From: an uncultured Spirochaetales bacterium
GTDB lineage: Bacteria; UBP6; UBA1177; JAKLFG01
NCBI GenBank assembly: GCA_964415795.1
Contig: CAYQBN010000004.1
Span: forward strand, 35,144 to 99,143
DNA: 64,000 nt
Direction: 5' to 3'
Made by a program: the position numbers and the translations under genes. Of the stretch, positions 52,577 through 61,553 are shown in pieces. Numbering within the stretch: the stretch's first letter is position 1; each line of letters begins with the position of its first letter. Under the pieces are notes generated by a model. It was given only the letters and a program-made list of their open reading frames with translations. It was not told the DNA's origin and did not search any database.

Positions 52577-53701
52577 TTAGTCGCTCCCCGACAAATGTCT
52601 ATCGAAATCGGCGACCACCTTCCGGAAAGATTCTTCATCGCGCTGAGGAATGCGCGTCTTCACGCTCCCATGATGCTTGAAAGGATCGATGACCCCCTTT
52701 CGGCCAAGTCCCACCCGCTCGAGTTGGTAGTGGAGATGCGGCGCGAAGGAGCGGCCGGTGTTGCCGACATCGGCGATGTGCATACCTGCCCCAAACCGTT
52801 GTCCCGGCTTTACATATACCTTGTCAAGATGCAACAGGATCATCTGCAACGGCGGATCGGTATCGAGCCGCGCCGACACCGAATGGCCATTGTAGCGCAT
52901 CTTCCAATTCACCCGTTCGACGACACCGCTCCACGGAGCATAGACCGGCGTGCCGACCGGCGCCTTGAAATCTATGCCGTCGTGCCGCGGGCGACGGTCA
53001 CGGAGAAGAGAGGTTATCTGTATCCATCCCTTGATCGGCGCATTCTTCATCATCGGCTCGACACGGGTCCCGTCAGCATAGTAGTAGGCAGGGAATGGCC
53101 AATCGGACGCATGGAACTGATAGATGCTCAGCCCCTTTCCCAGACGCACCGAACGGTAACGCATTGCGAGAATTTCTATCTCATCAGGGAGATCCTTACG
53201 CGTCTGCTGTTCCTCGCTGGGAACGATGCGAAAAACAAGGTCGAGCATGTCTCCCGGATAGACCTCCTTGCGCATGTCGAGGCTCCATACGAGGTTACGC
53301 GCCACATGAGCCGATAGGCGCTCGGCAAGCCTTTTTATTCCTGCCTCCTGCGCAATGCGGGCGACATCCTCGTTATCCGAAAAAGTATCAAAGAACGACG
53401 ACTTGACGGCCATTGAAAGACGATAGCGTTCTAGCCGCGCCGGAAGAGAAGGAGGTGACGATGGGCGCGGTAAGGTATCGGTCACTCGATCATCAGGAGC
53501 GACCGGATTTTCCTTATCCGGAGAAGGAACGACATCTTCGGCCCTACCCGACGCGTTGTCCGGACGGGTCGCAACAACCATTGCGGCAAGGATAAGGAAC
53601 GCACCGAGCGCAACCCCGAATAGGAATGGCCACCGAACACTCGACCGTAGAGGGGACTTTCCTTCAGGTATCTGGTATCCTTCGGTCATTTCGGTCTCCA
53701 T
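52577..53701 (-). CDS. M23-family metalloendopeptidase with N-terminal membrane anchor
   Basis: HxxxD and HxH motifs of the LytM fold (HDGIDFKAPVGTPVYAPWSG...HLHYQL). Confidence 0.75.
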   Translation of the reverse strand: METEMTEGYQIPEGKSPLRSSVRWPFLFGVALGAFLILAAMVVATRPDNASGRAEDVVPSPDKENPVAPDDRVTDTLPRPSSPPSLPARLERYRLSMAVKSSFFDTFSDNEDVARIAQEAGIKRLAERLSAHVARNLVWSLDMRKEVYPGDMLDLVFRIVPSEEQQTRKDLPDEIEILAMRYRSVRLGKGLSIYQFHASDWPFPAYYYADGTRVEPMMKNAPIKGWIQITSLLRDRRPRHDGIDFKAPVGTPVYAPWSGVVERVNWKMRYNGHSVSARLDTDPPLQMILLHLDKVYVKPGQRFGAGMHIADVGNTGRSFAPHLHYQLERVGLGRKGVIDPFKHHGSVKTRIPQRDEESFRKVVADFDRHLSGSD

Positions 53702-55581
53702 ATCCGGTCGGCCTCTATCAATTTCTGATTGAGATAAACGACCTGCAGAAGGCTCTTCAGCCGTTCCTGAAACGCCGAAACGACCTTACCGGCAAGGTTA
53801 TTGCGTTCATTGGGATCCTCACGAAGGTCGTAAAGATACTCCCGGTTGCTCCGGAGGTGATGGACATACTTCCAACGCCCCCCCTCAAGAACGCCGAGGT
53901 AGGTGCCGTTGTAGGGCTGAATGAGGAATATCGGCTGCTGCGGCTTAGCAGAAAACATCGAGACTCCGCGGAAATGATGTCGCTCCAGGCGAATCCCCAC
54001 AAGATCGAGGAGGGTCGGCGCAATGTCCATTTGGCAGAACGCGTGATCGGTCACCCGCGTCGGCTTGAATCTCCCCGGCGCAATGAGAAGGAAAGGAGTG
54101 CGGAAAAACTCTTCATACCATGCCGACTCGTTGTGAAAGTAGCCATGTTCGCCGAGCGGATAACTATGATCGCCGGTTACGACGACGATGGCGTCCTTGA
54201 ACTGAGGCCGCTTTGACAACTCCTCGAAGAAAACAGGAAGTTGTTCGTCCGTCAGGCGAATACTATTCGCATAGTGCTGCGGCAGGTTCTTCGCTTCGGG
54301 ATAAATGCGCCGCTTCTCGACCGGGACCTTGTCGAAACGCATGTGGTTCATGACGGTGTGGAGGACCACAAATGCCGGCTTAGTTCCTTCGGCAACCTCC
54401 TTTTTACCATCAAGATACTCAAACACCCGGCGGTAGAAAACCTGATCTTCCATACCCCAGCCCCAGATCTGCGACTTCTCCTCCTCGCTGAGGAACGGCA
54501 GAGCCGAGAGTGCCTCATCGAACCCGTTCTTCTTGACGAAGTTCCCGGTGTTATCAAAATTTATGTTCTTGTATGCCTTGAAAAAAACGGTGTAGTACCC
54601 GTTGTCCCGCAGAACCTGCGCAAGCGATTGAAAATGGGTGTTGGTGTAACTCGTGAAAACCTTCTGCTTGAAACTGGGAATGAGTGAAAAGAGCGTTGCG
54701 AACTGTCCTTTCGATGACTGAATGGAATTACTGTAGAAGCGTTCAACATAGAACCCTTCTTTTATCTTTTCGTTGAAGAAGGGGGTGTATATCTCGCCGT
54801 TGGGCGCTTTCGTCTCGACGACTTTCGCAGAAAAGGACTCTATTTCCAGAAGGAATATCGAAGGGAAGCGCTCCGGCGGCCGCGAGGTCAATAGCTTGTT
54901 CTCGGTGGTTATAAAAGGGTAGGAATCGGGATCGATGTCGGCGGAGAGATGGTACATCTCATCGCGGCGCAGGTAATCGTATGACGAACGGAGCAACATG
55001 CCAAAGTCGTCATGGAGATTGTAAGAGCTAAGTAAGAGGAGGACATAGAGGGGGATCGCGGCACCGGCCGCGATATAGCGCTTCCAGTTCACCGTCCACT
55101 CCCCCATGACGCGGCGGCGAGGATAGGGGATGGCACACACGGAGGCGATAAGCGCGACGCCGATGAGGAGGACATGAACGCTGATGCTGTCCACGATGAC
55201 CAGCAGCGCCTCCTCGTTGAACGTTTCCTCGGCGTTATCGAGGAAAAGCGCGATGTCGAACGGTATCTTGGCGCGGAAATGGTAGGTGGCGAAGAGGTGG
55301 TAGAGCGCCGCATAGAACCCCCACAGCACGAGATACGAGCGGCGCCCCCATGAAAAGAGAGACCCGATGACGAACCAACCGAGGAGCACGCCGACGAAAC
55401 TTCCTGCGATGAGAGCGATGTCCTCGAGGGTGAAAGAGGGATGGATGACCCCGGAACGAGTCTGAAACGAAAGGTAGTTGAACCAAAAAAGGATCGTCAG
55501 TACAAGAAACGAAAACGGGATTTTCATCAAAACACGCAAAAGGCTCTCTTTTACCCGTCCCCAATCAACACGATGAAGCAT
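53686..55581 (-). CDS. LTA-synthase/phosphoglycerol-transferase family membrane sulfatase (LtaS/MdoB-like)
   Basis: 5 N-terminal TM segments plus an extracellular alkaline-phosphatase-like domain (VVTGDHSYPLGEHGYFHNES). Start chosen to avoid overlap with cysE; exact start uncertain (alternative 55527). Confidence 0.65.
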   Translation of the reverse strand: MLHRVDWGRVKESLLRVLMKIPFSFLVLTILFWFNYLSFQTRSGVIHPSFTLEDIALIAGSFVGVLLGWFVIGSLFSWGRRSYLVLWGFYAALYHLFATYHFRAKIPFDIALFLDNAEETFNEEALLVIVDSISVHVLLIGVALIASVCAIPYPRRRVMGEWTVNWKRYIAAGAAIPLYVLLLLSSYNLHDDFGMLLRSSYDYLRRDEMYHLSADIDPDSYPFITTENKLLTSRPPERFPSIFLLEIESFSAKVVETKAPNGEIYTPFFNEKIKEGFYVERFYSNSIQSSKGQFATLFSLIPSFKQKVFTSYTNTHFQSLAQVLRDNGYYTVFFKAYKNINFDNTGNFVKKNGFDEALSALPFLSEEEKSQIWGWGMEDQVFYRRVFEYLDGKKEVAEGTKPAFVVLHTVMNHMRFDKVPVEKRRIYPEAKNLPQHYANSIRLTDEQLPVFFEELSKRPQFKDAIVVVTGDHSYPLGEHGYFHNESAWYEEFFRTPFLLIAPGRFKPTRVTDHAFCQMDIAPTLLDLVGIRLERHHFRGVSMFSAKPQQPIFLIQPYNGTYLGVLEGGRWKYVHHLRSNREYLYDLREDPNERNNLAGKVVSAFQERLKSLLQVVYLNQKLIEADRIWRPK

Positions 55582-55586
55582 GCTGA

Positions 55587-56471
55587 TCAGTGCCCTCCGT
55601 GCACCTTTGCGTGAGGAGGCACATCCTCGGTGACCCAAGTGTTACCGCCGATGACGGCATGGTGTCCGATGGTGATACGACCAAGTACCGTCGCGTTGGC
55701 ATAGATGACGACCTCGTCCTCGACAATGGGGTGACGCGGGATGCCTTTGATGGGTCTTCCGTTCTCATCGAGCGGGAACGACTTGGCACCGAGGGTGACT
55801 CCCTGATAGATCTTCACCCCTTTGCCGATGATCGAAGTTCCTCCCACAACGATACCGGTGCCGTGGTCCATAAAGAACTTCTCCCCTATCTTCGCTCCCG
55901 GGTGGAGATCTATGCCGGTCTTGGTGTGCGCCATCTCGGTGATGATGCGCGGGATGAGCGGCACCTCGAGCTCGTGGAGTTCGTGGGCGATGCGGTAGTT
56001 GGTCATCGCATAAATGGAAGGATAGCAATAGATCGTCTCGCCGCGGCTCGTCGCGGCCGGATCGCCTTCGTACGCCGCCTCGACATCGGTTGCGAGCAAA
56101 CGCCGCACCTCAGGAAGGCGGGTGATGAATTTTTCGGCGACTTCGCGAGACCATTCCTCGCACCGGCGGCATTCCTCCTCGCAGGAGACCTCGCACGAGA
56201 AACACTTCCCGCGGAGGATCTCCTCGCGCAAGGACGCATGTACGCGGTTCAACTTCGCGCCGATCGCGTAACGGAGCGTCTCGGGGGTGAAATCGTTTTC
56301 GCCGAAGTAACCGGGGAAAAGGACCTGACGAAGCAGTTCAACGATCTCGGCGAGCCGCTCGACCGAGGGCATCGGGCGGTTGTTGCGTGACAGATGCGCG
56401 AGCGAAGCGTACCCGCAGATGCTGGAAAGTTCGGCGACCACCGCGTCGAACGGGTGTTTGTTTCCGGCCAT
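55587..56471 (-). CDS. cysE: serine O-acetyltransferase CysE
   Basis: SATase N-terminal helical domain plus hexapeptide LbH repeats (GIVVGGTSIIGKGVKIYQGVTLGA...HHAVIGGNTWV). Confidence 0.75.
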   Translation of the reverse strand: MAGNKHPFDAVVAELSSICGYASLAHLSRNNRPMPSVERLAEIVELLRQVLFPGYFGENDFTPETLRYAIGAKLNRVHASLREEILRGKCFSCEVSCEEECRRCEEWSREVAEKFITRLPEVRRLLATDVEAAYEGDPAATSRGETIYCYPSIYAMTNYRIAHELHELEVPLIPRIITEMAHTKTGIDLHPGAKIGEKFFMDHGTGIVVGGTSIIGKGVKIYQGVTLGAKSFPLDENGRPIKGIPRHPIVEDEVVIYANATVLGRITIGHHAVIGGNTWVTEDVPPHAKVHGGH

Positions 56472-56501
56472 GACGACCTCCCGCGTTCGTTTGCGGGGGT
56501 C

Positions 56502-56529
56502 ATTCTAGAAAAAGAGACTCCGAAGTCAA
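56502..56529 (-). promoter_or_regulatory. sigma70 promoter for cysE (TTGACT-16-TAGAAT on minus strand)
   Basis: Read on the minus strand within the 169-nt gap. Followed by a CCCGC-N8-GCGGG hairpin that overlaps the GGAGG RBS. Confidence 0.45.
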
Positions 56530-56640
56530 CGATGAGGAGAAACTATTTGTGGGAAACAGCAAACACGGACCCCTTCCCTCCATCCCGTTCCTGCACTTGG
56601 CGATGTCCATCAGAGAGGATACGATGTTATTTCGCGTTTC

Positions 56641-59600
56641 CTATCCCCGTCTCCGCGGGTAGCGGATATAGGGACGGATCTTCTCGTTGATGTTCTTTGA
56701 GGTCCCGTCGTAGTTGAGCGTGACGACGGGGATGCCGGCGAACTGCTCGATGTGCGGGACCATCGCCTCGGTGACAAGGCCGGCGCAACAGAAGGCAGGG
56801 TTCACCTGCACGAAGAGCGCAAGGTCAGGATAGTGCTTCACCAAGGCGGCTATCTTCACGAGGTTGTCGAGCGATTCTCCGGCATGGTGGGGCGTGAGGA
56901 AGAACTCCCTGAGCACGGCATCGTGGTCGATATCGGGAAGCGCAAGCGGTTCGTCGAAGAGTTCACTGAACAGGCGATAATAGGACTTCTCAAGTTGCCC
57001 GACGAGCGTCATGACCGTCTTGGCGAACAGGATGTCGCCATAGTGGCCGCCGGCGAACCAGCGCTTGATGTAGCTCGGCAACGCCAGTCTGATGAGTTCG
57101 GTGAACGGCGTCGTCACCGCCTCGCCGCCGTATTCCTCGATACAGCGGATGAGGTGCTGGTTGAAGACATCGTTGTCGCGGGCATACATGTCCCCGAAGA
57201 TGGCCACTTGAGGCCGCCTTCGGGTCTCATCCGTACCAATGGCCTTGAGCCGTGCAACGATCCGCGCGACCGCATCCTCCTTTTCGGCACCGCCGATGAA
57301 TGTGTTGTAGAGAAGGTTCAGCGCATCGGCAAGCACCCTGTCGGTCTCTCCCTTCTGTTTTTCATAAGGTCGTATCCGGCACCCCGCTTTGCGAAGCATT
57401 CCGCCGAAGAGATTGGCGAAGTAGGTGTCCACCGACGCCGGTACCGACAAGTCGTTCATGGTCAGTTCGCCGAGATAAACCTCCACCTTCTCCATGCCGC
57501 CATCGTATGTTTCGAGAAGACTCTTTATCAGGTGCGGATACATCGGGATGTTGCAGGGAATGTAACTTTCGAACATCCACACCGCGGTCATTGCCGGATC
57601 GAGTCCTTGATCTTCGATGTAATCGGCATAACTCTGGGCGATGATGGTGACCGGGAGGCACTGGCCCGTGTGTTTCCGGATCCCCCGTTTGATCGTCCGA
57701 TCGGTGAGCGGGACCAGGCGCGCATCGACCCCTTCCTTGATGAAGATCGCCTCGTACAATTTTGACACAAAGGGATCTATGCACGGGAACAGGAGCGTCT
57801 TGCGCTGAGGTAATTTCGTCGCAATCGTTGGGACCACCGGAAGCGGCTCACGCTTGTGGGGCGCTGAGGTCCCGCGCACCGCATGGTTACGGAAGGCGCG
57901 CACCGCCGCTTCGATGCGGGTCTCGTAGCCGACATTCGAGTCGTGCTCATCTACTTCGAGAACGAGGTAAGGCTTGCCGTAGTGCTCCATGATGCGCCGG
58001 AAATACTCGAGCGCGAACGAGTCGGGGGCACACTTGAACGAGGTGACATAGACAGGATAGAGTCCCGGTGTATGCGCGGCGAAGAGCGCTGCCTTGAGTA
58101 TCTTCGCCGCATAGTTCCAGTGAAGTCGTTTGAGAAGCGGATCTATCTCGGCGATCTCCTCCTTTCGGTACGGAAGCATGTCCTGCGAGAAGACCGAAAT
58201 GCCGAGACGCGAGAAGATGTCGGGCACCCCCTTGTTCATGGCAGGCTGGAGCACCGTATAGGGACGACCGAGAAGGACGACCGCGATATCGTTCTTGCCC
58301 TTCCGTGGCATCGTCTCGCGCTCATAGATGTTACGGAGGCGTCCCTTGCGTTCCTCGAAGAACGACCGTGCGCTCTCGTAGGCGTTGTAGATCTCCCAGT
58401 AGTTGCGGTTGAGGTGGGGCTTGAGCGCGCGGAACAGATCTATCTTCGCTTGGAACGACTGGTGGTCCACCACCGGCGAGATGACACGCCGACGGATCGG
58501 CTCTTCGAGTGCGCCAAGGACCAGCGCGGCGGCATACTGCGTGTAGTAGCAGTAGAAGCGGCGCACCTCGCGATCCTTCTCTCTCGCCTCGAACGACGAA
58601 GGAAGAAAGATGAGGTCGCACTTGTCAGCGAGATGGGCCACATGGCCGAAGAAGGCCTGCATCGGCGCACAGAACTCGGCACGCGACAACCGTTTTCCCT
58701 CCGCGACCGCTTCGACGAAGTTCTCGCTCGTGACGGTCTCGATGCCGAGAGCGCCAAAGAAGAAACGCCAGAACGGCATCTCTTCGGCAAGGTAGAGAGC
58801 ATTCGGTATGCCGACCTTCAGCGACGCTTCTCGCCGCGGAGAAAAGGCGGGAATCTGGAACACGGCGCGCCGCTCACGGATGAGATCGTAGGCGGCACGA
58901 TCGGGACCGACATAGCGCCGCGTATCGTAATCGCGACCGCACAGGAAGCCGAAGGCGACCGTCTCGCCCTGCACGGTGATCTTCGTTATCTTGCAGTGGT
59001 TGTGACAAAGTTCGCACACCTCGTGTTCGAGCGGTATCTCCTCCCGCCACATACCCGTCCCGCGGAAGGAAGAGCCGTTCGCCCGGTTCTCGGCGAGGAT
59101 GAGCGCGCACCCGAGCGCCCCGGTAAGGTGACAGAACTTCGAAACGAAGATCGGCTTCTTCAATCGCTGCTCGAACGCGGCCACGAGCGCCTTGTTGCGC
59201 GCCGTTGCCCCTTGAAAGCAGATGTTCTCACCGATGTGCGCCTCTACCGCGACCTTGGAAAGATAGTTCTCGCGTACCGCGTGGAGCACCGCCGCGAGCA
59301 CCTCGTCGGTCGTGTACCCTTCCATGAGATAGGTGGTGATATCGCGTTCCATGAACACGGTGCACCGGTCGTTCGCCGCCGGCGCCGGTTTTTCGAGGGC
59401 CCGATCGGCGTATGCAGAAAGCGGTACGCCGAGCCGCTTCGCCTGTTCCTCCACAAAACTGCCGGTCCCGGCGGCGCAGACGGTGTTCATCACCGAGAGG
59501 GTGACCATCCCCTCCTTCATCGTCGTGAATTTCGCGTCCTGCCCCCCGATCTCGATAATGGTGTCCACGGCGGGATTGAGTTCGTAGGCGGCACGGGCAT

Positions 59601-60828
59601 GCGCCGTTATTTCGTCCACTACCAGATCGGCGGCGATGATGCGCCCGATGAACTTGCGCCCCGAACCGGTCGTCCCGACGCCGCGGAAGGAAAACGAAGT
59701 TCCCTGCCGCGCCGCAAGGTCATCGATCGCCGCGAAAAGAGCCTGCACCGCGTTCAGCGGCCGTCCTGAGGTATAGGTATAAAAACCGGCGATCACCCTC
59801 CCGTCAGCGCGCGTGAGAACCGCCTTGGTGCTCGTCGACCCAATGTCTATCCCGAGATAGACCTCCTCGTGCGGAGCAAGCGACTCATAGAGGTCGCATT
59901 CAACCGGCGCAGGACCACGCTGAGGCTCGAAGACCCGATGTTCCCTCGAAGAGAAGTCGGGATATGGCGAACGCTCTAACTGAAGGGGCGGGTATGCGTA
60001 GGCGCGCGTACGACGTTCCTCGACGAACAGATCGTTCCACGAAACGACTCCGATCGGCGGCAGGCTTCCCTCCTCCCAGAGAAGCAGTGCCGCCCCAATC
60101 GCCGGATAGAGATGCGCATGTTCGCCGACGATCGGTTCGATGGAAAGGAGCCGTGAGAGGTGCCGCACCACCGCCTTGTTGAGCGCGACACCCCCCGCGA
60201 GAACGAGCGGCTGACGCAGTTCTCGGTCGAGCCCGAGCGTGTCGATGATGTTCTTCGCAAGGCCTTCACAGAGGCCGTCGCTTATTTGACCGACCGAGTA
60301 GCCCTCCTGTTGGGCGTGGATGAGATCGGTTTTGGCGAAGACGGCGCATCGCGTCGCGATCTTCGGCGCGAGCCCTTCGTTGCAAAAAGCGACGGTGCTG
60401 AGCACCGCAGCGCTCCGCAGGTTGAGCCGCCGCGCTTGCTGATCGAGGAATCCGCCCGTTCCGGCGGCACACGAGGAGTTCGATCGGAAGCGTTCGTATT
60501 CCCCCGCGGCATTGAAAGTGATGAGACCGAAGTTCTCGCCGCCGACGAACAGAAGCGAGCCAACATCGGGATGAAAGCGCTTCACCGCCGCGATCATGGC
60601 GACCTGCGTATCAAAACGGGGGACATCCCGGAGCAGTTCGGGGCCGGAAAGGGTCGCCGCGACCGCCGAAACCGAAGCGATGTCAATCTCCTCGAGCAGG
60701 CTCTGCAAGGCCGTTCGGATCGCCCCTTCATGGGGACGATAGGCGGTGAAAAGCACCCTCCCCTCTTCGTTCACGACGGCAAGGGAAACGGCCACCGAAC
60801 CGACATCGACGCCAAGCACCTGTTTCAC
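56641..60828 (-). CDS. 1395-aa fusion: two BcrA/BadF/HgdC-type ('CoA-substrate-specific enzyme activase') ATPase domains plus DUF2229-like and 2-hydroxyglutaryl-CoA-dehydratase D-component-like C-terminal domains
   Basis: GTG start with AAGGAG-N6. Two ASKHA ATPase units (LGVDVGSVAVSLAVV... and LGIDIGSTSTKAVL...) each with the CxxGTG[GS]F motif (SSCAAGTGGFL, NTVCAAGTGSF). Large Cys-containing C-terminal region. Confidence 0.75.
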   Translation of the reverse strand: MKQVLGVDVGSVAVSLAVVNEEGRVLFTAYRPHEGAIRTALQSLLEEIDIASVSAVAATLSGPELLRDVPRFDTQVAMIAAVKRFHPDVGSLLFVGGENFGLITFNAAGEYERFRSNSSCAAGTGGFLDQQARRLNLRSAAVLSTVAFCNEGLAPKIATRCAVFAKTDLIHAQQEGYSVGQISDGLCEGLAKNIIDTLGLDRELRQPLVLAGGVALNKAVVRHLSRLLSIEPIVGEHAHLYPAIGAALLLWEEGSLPPIGVVSWNDLFVEERRTRAYAYPPLQLERSPYPDFSSREHRVFEPQRGPAPVECDLYESLAPHEEVYLGIDIGSTSTKAVLTRADGRVIAGFYTYTSGRPLNAVQALFAAIDDLAARQGTSFSFRGVGTTGSGRKFIGRIIAADLVVDEITAHARAAYELNPAVDTIIEIGGQDAKFTTMKEGMVTLSVMNTVCAAGTGSFVEEQAKRLGVPLSAYADRALEKPAPAANDRCTVFMERDITTYLMEGYTTDEVLAAVLHAVRENYLSKVAVEAHIGENICFQGATARNKALVAAFEQRLKKPIFVSKFCHLTGALGCALILAENRANGSSFRGTGMWREEIPLEHEVCELCHNHCKITKITVQGETVAFGFLCGRDYDTRRYVGPDRAAYDLIRERRAVFQIPAFSPRREASLKVGIPNALYLAEEMPFWRFFFGALGIETVTSENFVEAVAEGKRLSRAEFCAPMQAFFGHVAHLADKCDLIFLPSSFEAREKDREVRRFYCYYTQYAAALVLGALEEPIRRRVISPVVDHQSFQAKIDLFRALKPHLNRNYWEIYNAYESARSFFEERKGRLRNIYERETMPRKGKNDIAVVLLGRPYTVLQPAMNKGVPDIFSRLGISVFSQDMLPYRKEEIAEIDPLLKRLHWNYAAKILKAALFAAHTPGLYPVYVTSFKCAPDSFALEYFRRIMEHYGKPYLVLEVDEHDSNVGYETRIEAAVRAFRNHAVRGTSAPHKREPLPVVPTIATKLPQRKTLLFPCIDPFVSKLYEAIFIKEGVDARLVPLTDRTIKRGIRKHTGQCLPVTIIAQSYADYIEDQGLDPAMTAVWMFESYIPCNIPMYPHLIKSLLETYDGGMEKVEVYLGELTMNDLSVPASVDTYFANLFGGMLRKAGCRIRPYEKQKGETDRVLADALNLLYNTFIGGAEKEDAVARIVARLKAIGTDETRRRPQVAIFGDMYARDNDVFNQHLIRCIEEYGGEAVTTPFTELIRLALPSYIKRWFAGGHYGDILFAKTVMTLVGQLEKSYYRLFSELFDEPLALPDIDHDAVLREFFLTPHHAGESLDNLVKIAALVKHYPDLALFVQVNPAFCCAGLVTEAMVPHIEQFAGIPVVTLNYDGTSKNINEKIRPYIRYPRRRG

Positions 60829-60867
60829 GCATTACTCCTTCAGAAAAAAATGAAGCGGCAACGGTGC

Positions 60868-61077
60868 CTAGTGGTCGTGAGTGCAACCGGGGCAACACCT
60901 CTTCGCGCCGGCAGGACACACCGACGCCGCCTCCTTCGTGATGACCGCCCCGAGCGACACCTTCTTCGCGAGCTCACCGCCGCACCGTTCGCATACGGTC
61001 AGCGGCGCATCGCTCATCTTTTGCGTCACCTCGAATTCGGCCCCGCACGACCGGCACACATACTCGTAAATAGGCAT
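60868..61077 (-). CDS. FmdB-family zinc-ribbon protein (CxxC...CxxC)
   Basis: MPIYEYVCRSCGAEFEV...CERCGG matches the FmdB/TIGR02605-type N-terminus. AGGGAG RBS. The ORF-track upstream Met is rejected. Confidence 0.6.
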   Translation of the reverse strand: MPIYEYVCRSCGAEFEVTQKMSDAPLTVCERCGGELAKKVSLGAVITKEAASVCPAGAKRCCPGCTHDH

Positions 61078-61091
61078 TGCACGACTCCCTG

Positions 61092-61553
61092 TCACCGCCC
61101 CGTATGCCCGAACCCACCGGCACCGCGCCCCGACGCCGCGAGATCCTCTGTAGGCACGAACACCGCCTTCTCGACCCTCGCGAGAACAAGTTGCGCGATC
61201 CGGTCACCCTTCTTCACTACGAACTCCTTATCGGAAAGGTTGGCGAGGATTACTTTCACCTCTCCGCGATAGTCGCTGTCTATGGTGCCGGGAGAATTGA
61301 GCACGAATATGCCCTCACGGAGCGCAAGCCCCGACCGCGACCTGACCTGCAGCTCCCAACCCGTCGGAATCTCACAAAAAAGACCGGTCGGAACGACACC
61401 CCATCCATGAGCAGGAATGACCGCATCTGTTGCGGCGCAGACATCGGCACCTGACGCCCCCTCGGTTTGGTAGGCAGGGATCGGCAGAGCGGCACCAGCC
61501 CTTGCTATCTTAACGGAAATACCGTCAGCCGACTTTAGGGTGTTTCTTGGCAT
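61092..61553 (-). CDS. dut: dUTP diphosphatase
   Basis: Internal Met MPRNTLKS...ISVKIARAGAALP...GASGADV...GTIDSDYRGEV...AGGFGHTG motifs align with E. coli Dut. The ORF-track 5' extension is rejected. Confidence 0.8.
   Translation of the reverse strand: MPRNTLKSADGISVKIARAGAALPIPAYQTEGASGADVCAATDAVIPAHGWGVVPTGLFCEIPTGWELQVRSRSGLALREGIFVLNSPGTIDSDYRGEVKVILANLSDKEFVVKKGDRIAQLVLARVEKAVFVPTEDLAASGRGAGGFGHTGR

Noticed and set aside
56472-56640. Possible T-box or riboswitch leader upstream of cysE.
   Set aside because: The 169-nt gap is too short for a T-box. It is better explained by a TTGACT-16-TAGAAT promoter plus a short SD-occluding hairpin. No specifier or T-box sequence was recognised.
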